NCBI GenBank assembly: GCA_965112735.1 | Contig: OZ218958.1 | Coordinates: 124,001-188,000, forward strand | Source of the DNA: Phaeosaccion multiseriatum | Taxonomy: Eukaryota; Protista; Ochrophyta, other classes | DNA: 64,000 nt | Reading direction: 5' to 3' | Part shown: one piece after another, positions 22,701-34,072 of the stretch | How positions within the stretch are numbered: position 1 is the first letter of the stretch | Layout of the letters: each line of letters starts with the position of its first letter | Program-made: the position numbers and the translations under genes | The notes under the pieces: generated by a model | The model's database searches: none | Told to the model about the DNA's origin: nothing | What the model saw: only the letters and a program-made list of their open reading frames with translations

Positions 22701-25700
22701 CGGTCCGTGTCGCCCCCCTGCTGCTGCTCGACGACTTGGATGTGCGTGCGTGCGTGCGTACATACCATGCATGCATTCATGCGAGGAGAGGGAAGAGAGC
22801 AGAGTGTGGTAGCGGCAGCGGTGAGGTGAGGTGTAACGGCTGCAGCAGGCCAAGTGTTGCCGACAAACAACAGAACCATCGAGTATTCACTTGATTTGGC
22901 ACATCGCGTATCTTCACTCACGACCACTTACTCGCCTACTCACTCACCCGCACGTACCCCCCCGCGCCCCGCTGGCCCTGCCGTGCCCGCCGGCAATCCT
23001 CCTCCCCCAGCTCCACCGCCCAGTATGGATGAAGACAGTTCCCTCCGGTCCGTGTCGCCCCCCTGCTGCTGCTCGACGACTTGGATGTGCGTGCGTGCGT
23101 GCGTACATACCATGCATGCATTCATGCGAGGAGAGGGAAGAGAGCAGAGTGTGGTAGCGGCAGCGGTGAGGTGAGGTGTAACGGCTGCAGCAGGCCAAGT
23201 GTTGCCGACAAACAACAGAACCATCGAGTATTCACTTGATTTGGCACATCGCGTATCTTCACTCACGACCACTTACTCGCCTACTCACTCACCCGCACGT
23301 ACCCCCCGCGCCCCGCTGGCCCTGCCGTGCCCGCCGGCAATCCTCCTCCCCCAGCTCCACCGCCCAGTATGGATGAAGACAGTTCCCTCCGGTCCGTGTC
23401 GCCCCCCTGCTGCTGCTCGACGACTTGGATGTGCGTGCGTGCGTGCGTACATACCATGCATGCATTCATGCGAGGAGAGGGAAGAGAGCAGAGTGTGGTA
23501 GCGGCAGCGGTGAGGTGAGGTGTAACGGCTGCAGCAGGCCAAGTGTTGCCGACAAACAACAGAACCATCGAGTATTCACTTGATTTGGCACATCGCGTAT
23601 CTTCACTCACGACCACTTACTCGCCTACTCACTCACTCACTCGCCTACTCACTCGCGCACCCACTCACCGACATGTACCCCGCGTTGCACAGACTCCCTC
23701 TTGCGCGTCTTCTTGACTAGATCGTATGCGACGTGGAGGCGGGAGGATTCTCTATTCACAGCATCGCAAGAGGGGGGGGCAGACGAGGGTGCGAGCCCCC
23801 CAACAGCTGCCCCTGCGCTGCCCGTCCGCTTCTTCCTGCTGCTACTACTACCGGCAGCGGCGGGGGTGGACTGCTGCTGCCGCTGTTCCTGCTGGAGCTG
23901 CTCCAGCTGCCGCTGGTGCCGCTGCTGCAGCTCCCGCTTGTGCCGCTGCAGCTCCCGCTGGTGCCGCTGCAGCTGCCCCCGCTCTTCCTGCTGCTGTAGC
24001 ATCAACTGGTGCTGCTCCTCCCGGTGCCGCTGCTGGTGCTGCTCCTGCCGCGCTGTCTCAGCCTTGAGCAAATCCGCGTCTTCGCGGCGGCATTTCGCCA
24101 GCAGCGATTCCAGCTCTTCTTCCTGTGTCATGCCCATCACCTCATCAATGTACTGCCGCCTCTTGGCGGCGTCGTTCGTCCTCTTGATGCTAAAGGGTGC
24201 GGTGTCGAATATCGCTGTTGGAGACACACACGGGAAGCAAGAGGCAGCCAGAAGAAGCAAAAGCAAACGAATGAGAAAGGAGGCAAACAGTCATGAAGAT
24301 GGTGCAAAAGCAGGTGTGTTCCCCTACAGCCTCATTCATCGCTTTACCCTCCCCCGGCACGTTGAGGTGGTAGCATCACACACACCCCATGTCCCCGATA
24401 CCTTGAGGTGGCACACATGGGGTCTGCCCCTGCTCTTTGTATCTTTGCACCTTTGCATATAGGTTACAGAGGCACATACCTTTCTCCATCATTCTGTCTT
24501 GCCGCGGTGTAACCCTCTCCCAAGCCTCAGCGTGTGAGATGTCCCAGTCCTCCATTTCCCTTAGAACTAAGGCTTCGTCCTGCATACACCATGGCATACC
24601 TTGCAAAAGTAGGAAAGGAATACAGAAAGGCAGGACAGGACGAGGTAAAGTCAGTAAGACAGTAAGCCAGTAAGCCTCACTACCCCACTACCTCACTGCC
24701 CCCCTGCCTCACTACCTCACTACCTCTACAATCAGACAGTCAGGCAGTCAGACGCACCCACCTGGCTGCCCCTTGGAGCTGGGTCTCATGCCACCCCCCA
24801 TCCTCAGACCCAGCCCGTGCTTGCACTCCCCCGTCACCATGCCCCCGTCGAAGCGTGAGTATTGACCTTTGAAGTATTCTCCCGTCGCCATATTTACCAA
24901 GAGGAGGACAGCGCAATACACGAAACTATCCGCCCTCAGAAAACACCAGTGGCCGCTCTTTGTTTTGAAGGTCAGCTGAAGAAGGGGTACGGCTCGTTCC
25001 CAGTTGTTCCAGATCCCGGGAAGCATAAGGCCCACAACATGCTTGTGATGTGTGCACCTGTCATCCCCCTCAGCAACTGCGCCTACCAGTGCGTCGTTCA
25101 GCCTGAGGATCATGGTAGCACTGACTTCGGTAAAGCCATGCTTGGCCTGCTCTGCTCTCTCCGTCCCATCGACTATCCCGCATACAGAGCCGTCCAGCAA
25201 GCCGTCCGTATGCCCCGCATAGGCGACGGTACCATTCGGTACCCCCAAGTCGTGCACTGGCCCCATACGTTGATTGTTCTGCACAAAATTGATAGCGAGG
25301 GCCTTCACCCTCTCCCCTGGTGGTGCTCCTTGCTCGAAAATGGGCATATGCTCCCCCACCGCGGCCCCATGCTTGTCCCATAGCTCCCGCTGGAACTCCT
25401 CCTTCGAATAGACGTCGAAAGCACCACGAAGCCTCCCTGCGTCATTCCGGTTGAAGTACTTCCCATTCCGAATCACCTCTGCTACAAAATCAGGGGGGCA
25501 GTTCGCAAACCTCATGCCCCCCACTCTGCTGGGGACGGGCCCCTCTTTCTCCTTGTCAGGCAGTTGTCGTTTCTCAGGGTCAGGAATCGGCCAGTCTTCA
25601 TACTGCCTGGCTGCATCAGCGACTGCAGCGCGGATACGCATCTCTCGCACAAGACCGGTTCCGTCTGAACCAGTCTCCCTCACAACGTTGGGCCCTTGCA

Positions 25701-26739
25701 GTCGTCCCTGTCGTACCTGCGCAACAAAGAGAGGGATGGGTGAGAGAAAGACTCTCTACCGCGGTCGTAAACAAGTTGCTGGGGCATGGCCCCTCTTTTC
25801 TCCCTAGGTAAAATAGATACAGTACGACCGCGGTAGAGAGTCTTTCTCTCACCCATCCCTCTCTTTGTTGCGCAGGTACGACACGCACTGCAAGGGCTGA
25901 AGGGCCCAACGAGTAATAAAAAAGTGAGAAAAAAAATAGAGGGGAAACTGAAACTGAGAATCCCTCCTTCCGTGTAATACTAATAATGCTTGCTTGCTTT
26001 GCTTTGTGAACACATACCTGAATCCCTACCTCCTCCGGCGAGGGGGGCGACGAGGGGGCTTCGTGGATGGGGGGGGGGTGACCTCGCTCACGCTCGTGTG
26101 CTTCGACTGCGCGCGACGGATGATAAGGGGGAGGGGTTCTTGTCCGGCTGGGGCACGACGCGAGAGGGTGAGGAGACGGGGTGGGCGGGAGGCAAGAGGG
26201 GTGCACGAGGGGCAGGAAGGGAGATAAGAGACTGCAGCAGGGGTGCCTCCGGTAGCGGCCAATATATAAGGAGTCGTTAGCTCGTTACGCACCATCCAGG
26301 AGCGCTGAATGGTTTATAGCGAGGGTTTTAAAGTATGCACATAAGAGGAACGATTGGCATCGCTGTCAAGCTTTTTCCTTCGCGAGCAGTTGATCAGGCT
26401 GGCCCGCCATGATTTTTGTTCGTCCTCCCTTCCGGCCCGCTGGACTCTAAAACCTCTCGCTCACCTCTCTTCGTCGGAGCGATGCTGCTCATCTGCGTTG
26501 TGATGACCTTCTAGCTCCGCCCAGGCCCGCCTGGTTGCCGGGGCTTCTGCGACTTGGTCTAACACTTGGCCCATCAGTCCATTGAGGTCAAACACGTTCG
26601 CGTCGAGCTCCTCTTCACACAAGGCGTTGAGCTCGGCAGGTGAGAGGGCCAGGGAGCCGTCCCCACCGGGGCAAGATTCACACTCCTCATCATGATGGCT
26701 CCCCGCAGGAGGATGAGAGGAGGAGTCGCAGTGTGACAT
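19777..26739 (-). CDS. 14-exon, ~1322-aa protein: putative AlkB-like 2OG-Fe(II) domain, Gln-rich coiled coil, 8 tandem repeated exons, 7 WRKY19-like CCCH zinc fingers
   Basis: Exons 26739-26465, 26147-26018, 25716-24762, 24599-24480, 24214-23669, 23423-23293, 23079-22948, 22734-22604, 22390-22259, 22045-21915, 21701-21570, 21356-21225, 21011-20880, 20666-19777. All junctions are GT-AG; total 3969 nt with no in-frame stop. Exon joining is a hand model without transcript support. Confidence 0.65.
19790..20285 (-). repeat. 72-bp coding minisatellite: 7 x C-x4-C-x9-C-x2-H fingers
   Basis: Translated units CS(R/V/I)EGC-x6-(G/R)GLC-x2-H with a 24-aa period. Confidence 0.9.
20648..23640. repeat. 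Near-identical 345/344-bp tandem array (~8.6 units), each unit a 132/131-nt exon plus a 213-nt intron on the minus strand
   Basis: Units differ by a C7/C6 homopolymer (7,7,7,6,7,6,7,6) and one visible SNP near 22192. Confidence 0.95.
25686..25911. repeat. Inverted repeat (~60-bp perfect core, 25709-25769 vs 25823-25883) covering the acceptor at 25717
   Basis: TGTCGTACCTGCGCAACAAAGAGAGGG...CCGCGGTCGTA and its reverse complement. Confidence 0.9.
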
Positions 26740-27639
26740 GGTGCACCACAAGGGCCTGACTGCGGGCCGAGCGAAAGGGGACAGGATGCATGGAGTCGAG
26801 AGCGAAGCAAGGGGATTGAGGGTGGGGAAGCAAAGGGCGGAGTGGAGAAAACTTTTGGATAGAGGGGGCGAAGAGAAGGCCAGCTAACACGATGAGGGGA
26901 GAGAGGGGAGGGTGCTCGTGTCTGTCTCGTTCTTCCGCGGAAGATCCGCAGTCTCGTTCTAGTCTCGAAGATTTGACTCTCAGAACACTCTCTCACCTCT
27001 CTTGCGTCGTTACAGGTGAGGGCGGGTAGCGATGTGCTCCTCAGTCCACCCAAACAGCAGCTGCGATACAGCGCTGGCTGAGCGACCTAACGCCACGAGT
27101 AGCCACGAGCCACGAACGCTGACCTCAAGCGCGACCCGCCCTGCAAGCCCCTCGCAGCCGGGGCTAAGACGAATGCGCGGCCCGGGGGCACTCGCTGCTG
27201 CCGCTGCTGATGCTCTTCTACCCGCCGTGCTGCTGGCTCCCAGGCTTCCTATTATTATTTTCTAAACCTCCCCAAAAAAAATGGCTCGCGGCCGGGATTG
27301 GAGGCAGGGCTCAACATTACTATTACGTAAGGCATTACTTCATGTATAACAAAAACGAAGGAGACGGAGAGCCATCAGCACAAGGCCTCCACCTCCAAGC
27401 CTCCCGCCCCCATACACAACCTCTACACCGCAGTCGTGGGTTACAATGTCTACACCATCAATCACGGACGGCCCTCTTCGCCTCATCGTGTTGCTTCACG
27501 CGGATAGCCTGGAGGTAAGGATCCGTGGGGTGGGGATGAGTGGAGCGCAGCTCATCCTCACCAACCTCTCTCCCTCTGCTCTTGCACCCACCTCACCTTC
27601 TCCCCCCCCTCCTCCTCTCTATTGCTGCGCTCTCCTCAG

Positions 27640-28329
27640 GCGTGGTGGGGTCTATGAAGGGCCTGCGCTTCACCCTCATAGCCTCCTTGCTGCTGCAGAT
27701 GGTGACTCTGGGGGGCCTCATGCTCACTGACACGGTGTTCGGTGACCTCGAAGATGCGCGAGGGCAGAAGAGGCTCCAGGCCACGGTGTACATCACTGCG
27801 TGGCAGGCGCTGGCGGTTAGAGGTGGGCAAGGAGCCAGGCTACTCCAAAGTGTCCAAAGCGCGAGCAAGCTCCAAAATTACGCTCATGACGTTGCACGAC
27901 TTGAAGCTACGCTTGGAAGGAGGAGGAGAAGGCGCGACAGCAGGAAGCATTGAGGAGTACAAGCCAGACGTGAAGATCACCTCCTTCTCCAGTGGCTACG
28001 GCGGCAACTCCAAGAGGCTGCGTGAGTTGGCATCGGCAGAAGATAGGGCACGCGCGGCGGGGTATGGGCCGGCAAGCCTCACCCAAGAGCCCGACCATAC
28101 CCCCCCGGCGGCACCGACCACGAAGGCGAACAAGAAGAACCCTGCGGCAAGACGACCGGCGGCGGCGACAGCCACACACACCAAGGGCAAGGCCGCGCCC
28201 AAGAAGAAGGCCTCGCCTCGTGTCAAGAAGCGAAGAGCAGCAGGGGAGGACGGAGGAGGCGAGACGAACAAGCCCCCCGGGAAGAAGCGCAGAGCCAGAA
28301 TCATCGTCATCGACGATGATTCCGAGTAG
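27640..28329 (+). pseudogene. Degenerate BRCT-domain gene with a basic low-complexity tail
   Basis: MKGLRFTLI in one frame and VGKEPGYSKVSKARASSKITLMTLHDL in another resemble the N- and C-terminal halves of RFC1/ligase-type BRCT; frameshift near 27810; recognised by eye only. Confidence 0.45.
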
Positions 28330-28837
28330 TCCATGTCGAGATGGTCGATAATATGTCGAGATGGTCGATAATGTCGACATGTCGATGTGTCGATATATGC
28401 CTGCTCGGCGCCGAGCTGGGGAATGTTCTTAATCTTCGGGGGTTGAGGGGAGATAAAGTGCAGAGCTTTGCGAGACGGGGAGGTGATCGATCCAGGGGGG
28501 GCGGAGGGAGGAGGGAAGGGCATGTCTTGTACAAAGGGGGGGCGACACAGCCACAAGGGGAAGGTAGCGCTTGGAGTCTCAGCAGCAGCAACAGCAGCAG
28601 CAACAGCAGCAGCAACAGCATCCAGAGAGCCAGATTCTGCCCATCAAGGGAAGGCAGGAAGAGAAGAGAAGAGAAGGGAAGGGAAGGGAGGGCTGGAGAC
28701 GGGAGGGGAGGGAGGCCCAGACATGTCCGGGCCTGTGCCACTTACTATGGACGGGTTGTGGTTTCATCAGTGCCAGTCAGAGCACGGGGAGAGGGAGAGA
28801 GAGAGAGGGGAGGTGGGGGGGGGGATGCTACTATGGA

Positions 28838-29493
28838 CTATTGGGAGGATGAGAAGACGTCCTCAGTCCCACAAGTTGCTCTGTCGGCGCACCACCCCGC
28901 TTTGACTGCGGGCTTGCCGCAGTCCACAGCCTTGCAAGCGAAGCCCCAATCCGCCTCAGCCCTGCTCACAATCCCCTTCAACCCCCCGCACTTCGCTCTG
29001 TCCTGGCAGAATTCTTTGCCTACGGCCGCGACCTTCTTGCAGTGCGGAGCCACGCACGAGCCCCTTTCTTCCACCAGATGCTCAAGACAAAGATGGGAAA
29101 CCCGGTGCCTCGTTGCCCCGCAATCGGGCTTCGCGCATGGCTTCCCGACTTGCGAGTGCTTGTGGCACAGCTGTCCGATTTCTCGTTCGGACTCACACCC
29201 TTCGCGTGTACATACGCCCCGAGACCGGCGGACACCGCTGCACCGTCCGCACAACCCCTCCCTCACCACTTGGTTCTGGGGGCATCCCTCAGCCGTCCGC
29301 CCTGGGCAGAGCGCGCGCGTCGATTCGGTTCGGTTCGGTGCAAGCACTTCCAACACTCTTGCTTGTACGCAACCGTCTTTCTCTTCTTACATTTCGAGCA
29401 GGTCTTCCTATGCCTCTGTAATCTTGCGTTCTCGGCGTCTTTTTGTTCCCTGGTTTTGCGCGGCTTCTCCTTCTTCCCCTTCCCCTTACCCAT
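28838..29493 (-). pseudogene. Paralog of the 8868 zinc-finger gene with the same frameshift and additional C-terminal Cys clusters
   Basis: Near-identical to 8868-9340, then continues KEFCQDRAKC...CKAVDCGKPAVKAGWC. Confidence 0.7.
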
Positions 29494-29591
29494 ACAAGGG
29501 CGGCCCGGCCCGGCGCCCTGACCCAGCCCTTCCGGCCTTCTCTCTTCCTTCCCCTCCTCTCTGATTCTTTACTACTACTAGCCGCACACAC

Positions 29592-30127
29592 TATGCTTCA
29601 CCGCGTCGTGCGCACTGCCAGGAGGGTGCAGCAGCAGCGTGGTGGGCTCAGAACACCGTCAGCAGCGGCGGCGGCACGACCGCAAGCGTCCTCTTCGCCC
29701 GTCCCAGCGGCCGCAGCAGCGGCTTGCTTGCACACGACCCCGCCTCGCCTGCCTCGGCACGGTCACGTACAGCGACCCTGTGGCGGAGCTTAGCTATGCA
29801 CCCGGTAAGAGAGACCTTGCTTATTGGAGAGGGAAATCCTTCTCTTGTGCTCCCGCTCTTCAAGCTCTCCCCGCTCCCCTCTCTTGAAGAGGGAGATCCT
29901 TCTCTTGTGCTATCCCTCCCGCTCTCTCTCTCCCCCCCCCCCCGCTCTTGTTCTCTCTCGCTTTCCCTCTCTCTCTGACCCTGTCCCTTTGTCCTTCCCC
30001 TCCGCACACAGGCCCCGGAGTTCACATGCAAGGGGATCGTGGACGGGGAGATGGTGGACGTCAGTCTCTCGGACTACAGAGGCAAATGGGTGCTCCTGCT
30101 CTGGTACCTGGCCTCGTGGACTTACTT
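29592..30127 (+). pseudogene. Truncated, frameshifted copy of the 5' part of the peroxiredoxin gene
   Basis: MLHRVVRTARRVQQQ, the same intron, then APEFTCKGIVDGEMVDVSLSDYRGKWVLLL; homology ends just before the VCP active site. Confidence 0.85.
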
Positions 30128-31428
30128 GGGTGGGGAGGCATTATTATTGAGACTCAAACGTACTTTCAAGCGATGATTGTACGCTGAGGTGTGGACAGGA
30201 GAGCATGGACTAGCACCGGCTGGTGATGATAGCTCATTCCTCGTACCTTGCCCCCCCCTCCCTCCTGCCTCCCTCTCCCTCTCCCACCAGCCAGGTGCCA
30301 CCCATCCAAGCCAAGTGGACAAATGAGTGGACTCTCGTGCATTCCAAAATGCCGCGGAGAAGCAGGCCGAGTGTGGTTGCGGAGTGAAGCAAGAGGCCGC
30401 TTTGCTGCCACTCTGCTGCCCAACCCCACCCACCGCCTCCCTCCCTTTCTCCTCTGTGTCCCCGCCCGCCTAGCTACTCTGCTCTGCACTGCACTTCACT
30501 GCCCTGGGCAGGTGTCCCGTCTCTGAGCGGGCAGGTGTCGCTGCCTGAGGGCACCAACTCCAGACAGACAGGTGCAGTAGCTAGTGCATGATGCCAATGT
30601 CTCCACCTCTCTCTCTCTGTGTGTGTATTCCCCTCTCTCCTCTCCCTCTCGCTCTCTCTCTCTTCCCCTCTCTTTCTCACCCCCCCCCCTTCTCTCTCTC
30701 GCGCTCTCTCCTCTCCCTCTCTCTCATCCTCCTCCTGTGCGCAACCTTAGGCAGCCCTGCTGCCCTGCTTCCCCTTGCAGTCGTGCTGACGAGGTGGTGT
30801 CGTCGCATTGGGGAGAGGAGGGCCATAGGAAGGGGATTTTGCGGGCCAGTGCTTGGAAGCACGCGTTGCGAAGCACGCGTGGCTAACGCGTGGCCAACGC
30901 GTGGGGAAAGTGGCGGGCGTGTGGTGGACTGCTTCATTTGTCTCGATCGATCCGAGGGAGGGGAAGGAAGGCAGCGCCGCACTCGTGTAGGGCAGGCAAG
31001 GCGCAACAAGCAAGATGGGCTTTCGCCTTGAAGGTGGAGAGGAAGCGGGGCATGATACTGTCTTTAATTAAGAAGGTTTAGTCGTGACCACATGAGCACC
31101 CCTCGGATCGAAACTCACTCTTCTTCTAAAACAATTGACAACACTATTTGAACATGTGAGGAAAAGACGACTCGCCAGACAGCATATTGGAAAACCTCAC
31201 CCGCCCCCCCCCCTCACCCACGAGAGCAGCTGGCGGGAACGGTGCTACATGCATGAAGAAACTCCAACAGCCCGCGATGGAAAAGCACCTCTTCACACCC
31301 TCTGGAGAGGCCATGCACTTGCTCTCCATAGAGCACTGTGCGATGACGACTTTGAACATTGACACAAAGCAACCCCCCAGAGCTGCGACGCTTCTCACAT
31401 CCGCAGCCCAATTTGTGTCACGTACGCC

Positions 31429-31949
31429 TCACAACCCGGTGGCAGGAAGCGGCGCTGTGCCAGACACTTGTTCTAAGTACACCTGCAACTCCTCCAGTAG
31501 GAGGAGCCGCTCGACCTCCCAGCCCGTGCGATCCAGCTCCGCTTTTCCCTTAATCCTGGTGAGCTCGGCCAGCGACTCGTCGGGCAGACGGTTCCCGTTC
31601 TTGACTGCCTTCTCGCCCAGTTTGACGAAGGTATCGTGGAAGAGTTGAGCAGCCTGCACCTCCGCGTCGTCCTTGAGCCCCTCCTCAAGCAGACTCCGCG
31701 TGACATGCACCACGCGGGCTGAATTCGAATGCCAACAAGGTCGTCGCAAAGGGGGCATGGGGGGGGGGGGGGGTGTGGTGTGTGGTTGAGGGAGTAAGGG
31801 TATAGAAAAGGAGAGGGAAAAGGCCAGAGATACCACCACACAGCCCCCGGAAAGGGCTCCAACGAGAGGAGCGGGAGCACAAGCGAGCCGCGAGGCAGCA
31901 AGACGCCAAGACGCCACTCACCACCACCCGCTCGGCTAGTTGATTGCAT
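31429..31949 (-). CDS. Small hypothetical helical protein (2 exons)
   Basis: Exons 31949-31922 and 31718-31429 match in phase 1; coding-like composition; no family recognised. Confidence 0.35.
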
Positions 31950-32159
31950 CTTCTGCTGGATGGCCCGCCACACGATGGGTAGGGGGGTGTGTTCCTTCCT
32001 TATTGTGTTGTACGCTTGCTTTCAGCAGTGCTTTTTTGCGCTTTTGAAGGAGAGAGCCTTTCATGTCGACTTTTCAATTCGATTGCCTCTTCATTGCAAG
32101 TCGACCTCCTTCGAATTATAATCCTCCCCTCCCCCCTTCGATTATCCCCCTTCTGTACC

Positions 32160-33610
32160 ATGCGCTGGCTACAGTCGTCGCTGCTTCTGCTGGTGGTGGT
32201 GCAAGCCTGCGCCTTTGTTCCACAAGCCACCCCGTCCTCGGCAGCCGCCAAGCCTCCCTGCTCGGCAGCCGCAAGGCCCTTGTCGAGAGGGGGAGGAGCA
32301 CCACTGCCCAGCAGTGTTTGGAGCACGGCAGCAGTGCTGGACCTGCCCCCTTCCGAGCTCGATAGGCACATCGCTTTCGACGCCGAGTACAGCAAAATCC
32401 AGCGCCTACACACCTCTCCCGACGTGTTTATCGTGGACGACTTCCTCTCGCCAATCGAGTGCGATGATTTGATAGATGCGGTGCGTGTACGTGAGGGCGA
32501 GCCTCCCCTCTACATGCGTGGCTAGGTAGCTCGCGTATGCTCCTCGATCGTCCACCCCCCTCTCTCGCTCACCCGCCCCCCCTCTCTTTCTCTCTCTCTT
32601 CCCCATCGTGTCGCTGTGCTCGTCTCTCTCTTCCTCCTGCTCATGTTTGCCTGCTCCCCTCTCCCTGTGTCCAGGCCGTGAAGAAGGGGCTGGAGCAGAG
32701 CCCAACGGTGTACGCCGGTTGGTCACAAGTGAGTAGTGATTGTCATGTCATGTGCTGCTCAGTTGGACTCAACTACTCCGCCCGAGAGAGGGAGCGAGAG
32801 AGAGAGAGAGACAAGAGAGAGGAGGGAGAGACAGGCAGAGAGAAGGGGGGAGGGAGAGAGAGAGAACGAGAGAGGGCGAGGGAGAGAGAGCGAGGGACGG
32901 AGAGGAGGGAGAGAGAGAGAGCGCGAGAGAAAGAGAGAGCGAGAGAGAGAGAGGGAGAGAGAGAGAGAGAGCCTCCGTGTGGGAGGAATTGGGTGGAGAG
33001 CGGCACCACAGCTTGCGTAGGGCCTGTGTTGATCGACCGATCCGATCCCCTCTCGCCGTATGGCTCTGCACTCTGCACATACAAGCTCTGTTCATCAATC
33101 GACTCTGCCCTCCATATATACAAGCTCCCCCTCTGAGCGGTTCCCTGGCTCTCCCCTCCTCCCTCCCTCCCTCCCTCCCTCCAGGACGTGGCAGAGCTAC
33201 TCCGATTGGCGACGCTCGGACCCATAACATGGGCAGGGCTGCTGCGGCTGTGGCTACTCTCCAATGCAGGGGCCAGCAAGGTGGAGGCCTTCGTAGGCGG
33301 CTTGGAGGTGTGGTTCGGAGGGGTGGTGATCACCGGCCTGGGCCTGCTCGCCTGGGCCAAGAAGCGGGAGATGAATCTGCAGGTATATGGGTGTGGGTGT
33401 GGGAACATGAATCTGCAGGTATATGGGTGTGGGTGTGGGAACAGGGGCATGGACAATGGGACACTCTCTCTCTTGTCTCTCTTCCCTCTTCTCTCTCTCT
33501 CTCTCTCTCTTCTCTCTCTTCCCTCTTCTTTCTCTCTCCCTCTCTTCTCATTCTCTTCCTCATGACTCTCTTTGTCCCTCTCTCTTGTATGCCTCTTCCC
33601 TCTTCCCTCT

Positions 33611-33679
<69 letters not shown>

Positions 33680-34035
33680 GTGTGTGTGTGTGTCACTCCC
33701 TCTTTCTCTCTCTCCCACTCCCTCTCCCTCACCCTCTTCTCTCCCCCCCCCTCTCTCGCTCCTCTCTCTTGACTCTTTCTCTCTCCCCCACTCCCTCTCC
33801 CTCTCCCTCTGCTCTTCTCAGGGGCTGCGCACGAGCACAAGCACGACAGTTAAGGACCTCAACCGCTCAAGAGGGGCGGAGGCCTTTGTGAGGAAGGCGG
33901 AGGGGCTGCTACGCTCAGATCCTTCCACCTTCGAGGCTCCCACCGTCATTAGATACGAGCCCGGACAGGTAGGAGGGAGGGAGGGGCGGAGGGGGGGTGT
34001 GAGGGTGAGAGAGCGGCGATGCTGCTGTATCACCA

Positions 34036-34072
<37 letters not shown>

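Noticed and set aside
20648-23640. 345-bp array as a CRISPR-like array or as many small genes
   Set aside because: Units are identical end to end with no unique spacers and no cas genes. The repeated short ORFs are by-products; splice signals explain the unit as exon plus intron.
19400-27400. The AlkB-like/zinc-finger gene as cargo of a large DNA transposon
   Set aside because: No TIRs, TSD or transposase found by eye around it; cannot be supported from this window
28341-29564. 407-aa plus-strand ORF
   Set aside because: Runs through simple repeats and antisense to the zinc-finger paralog; no coherent domain
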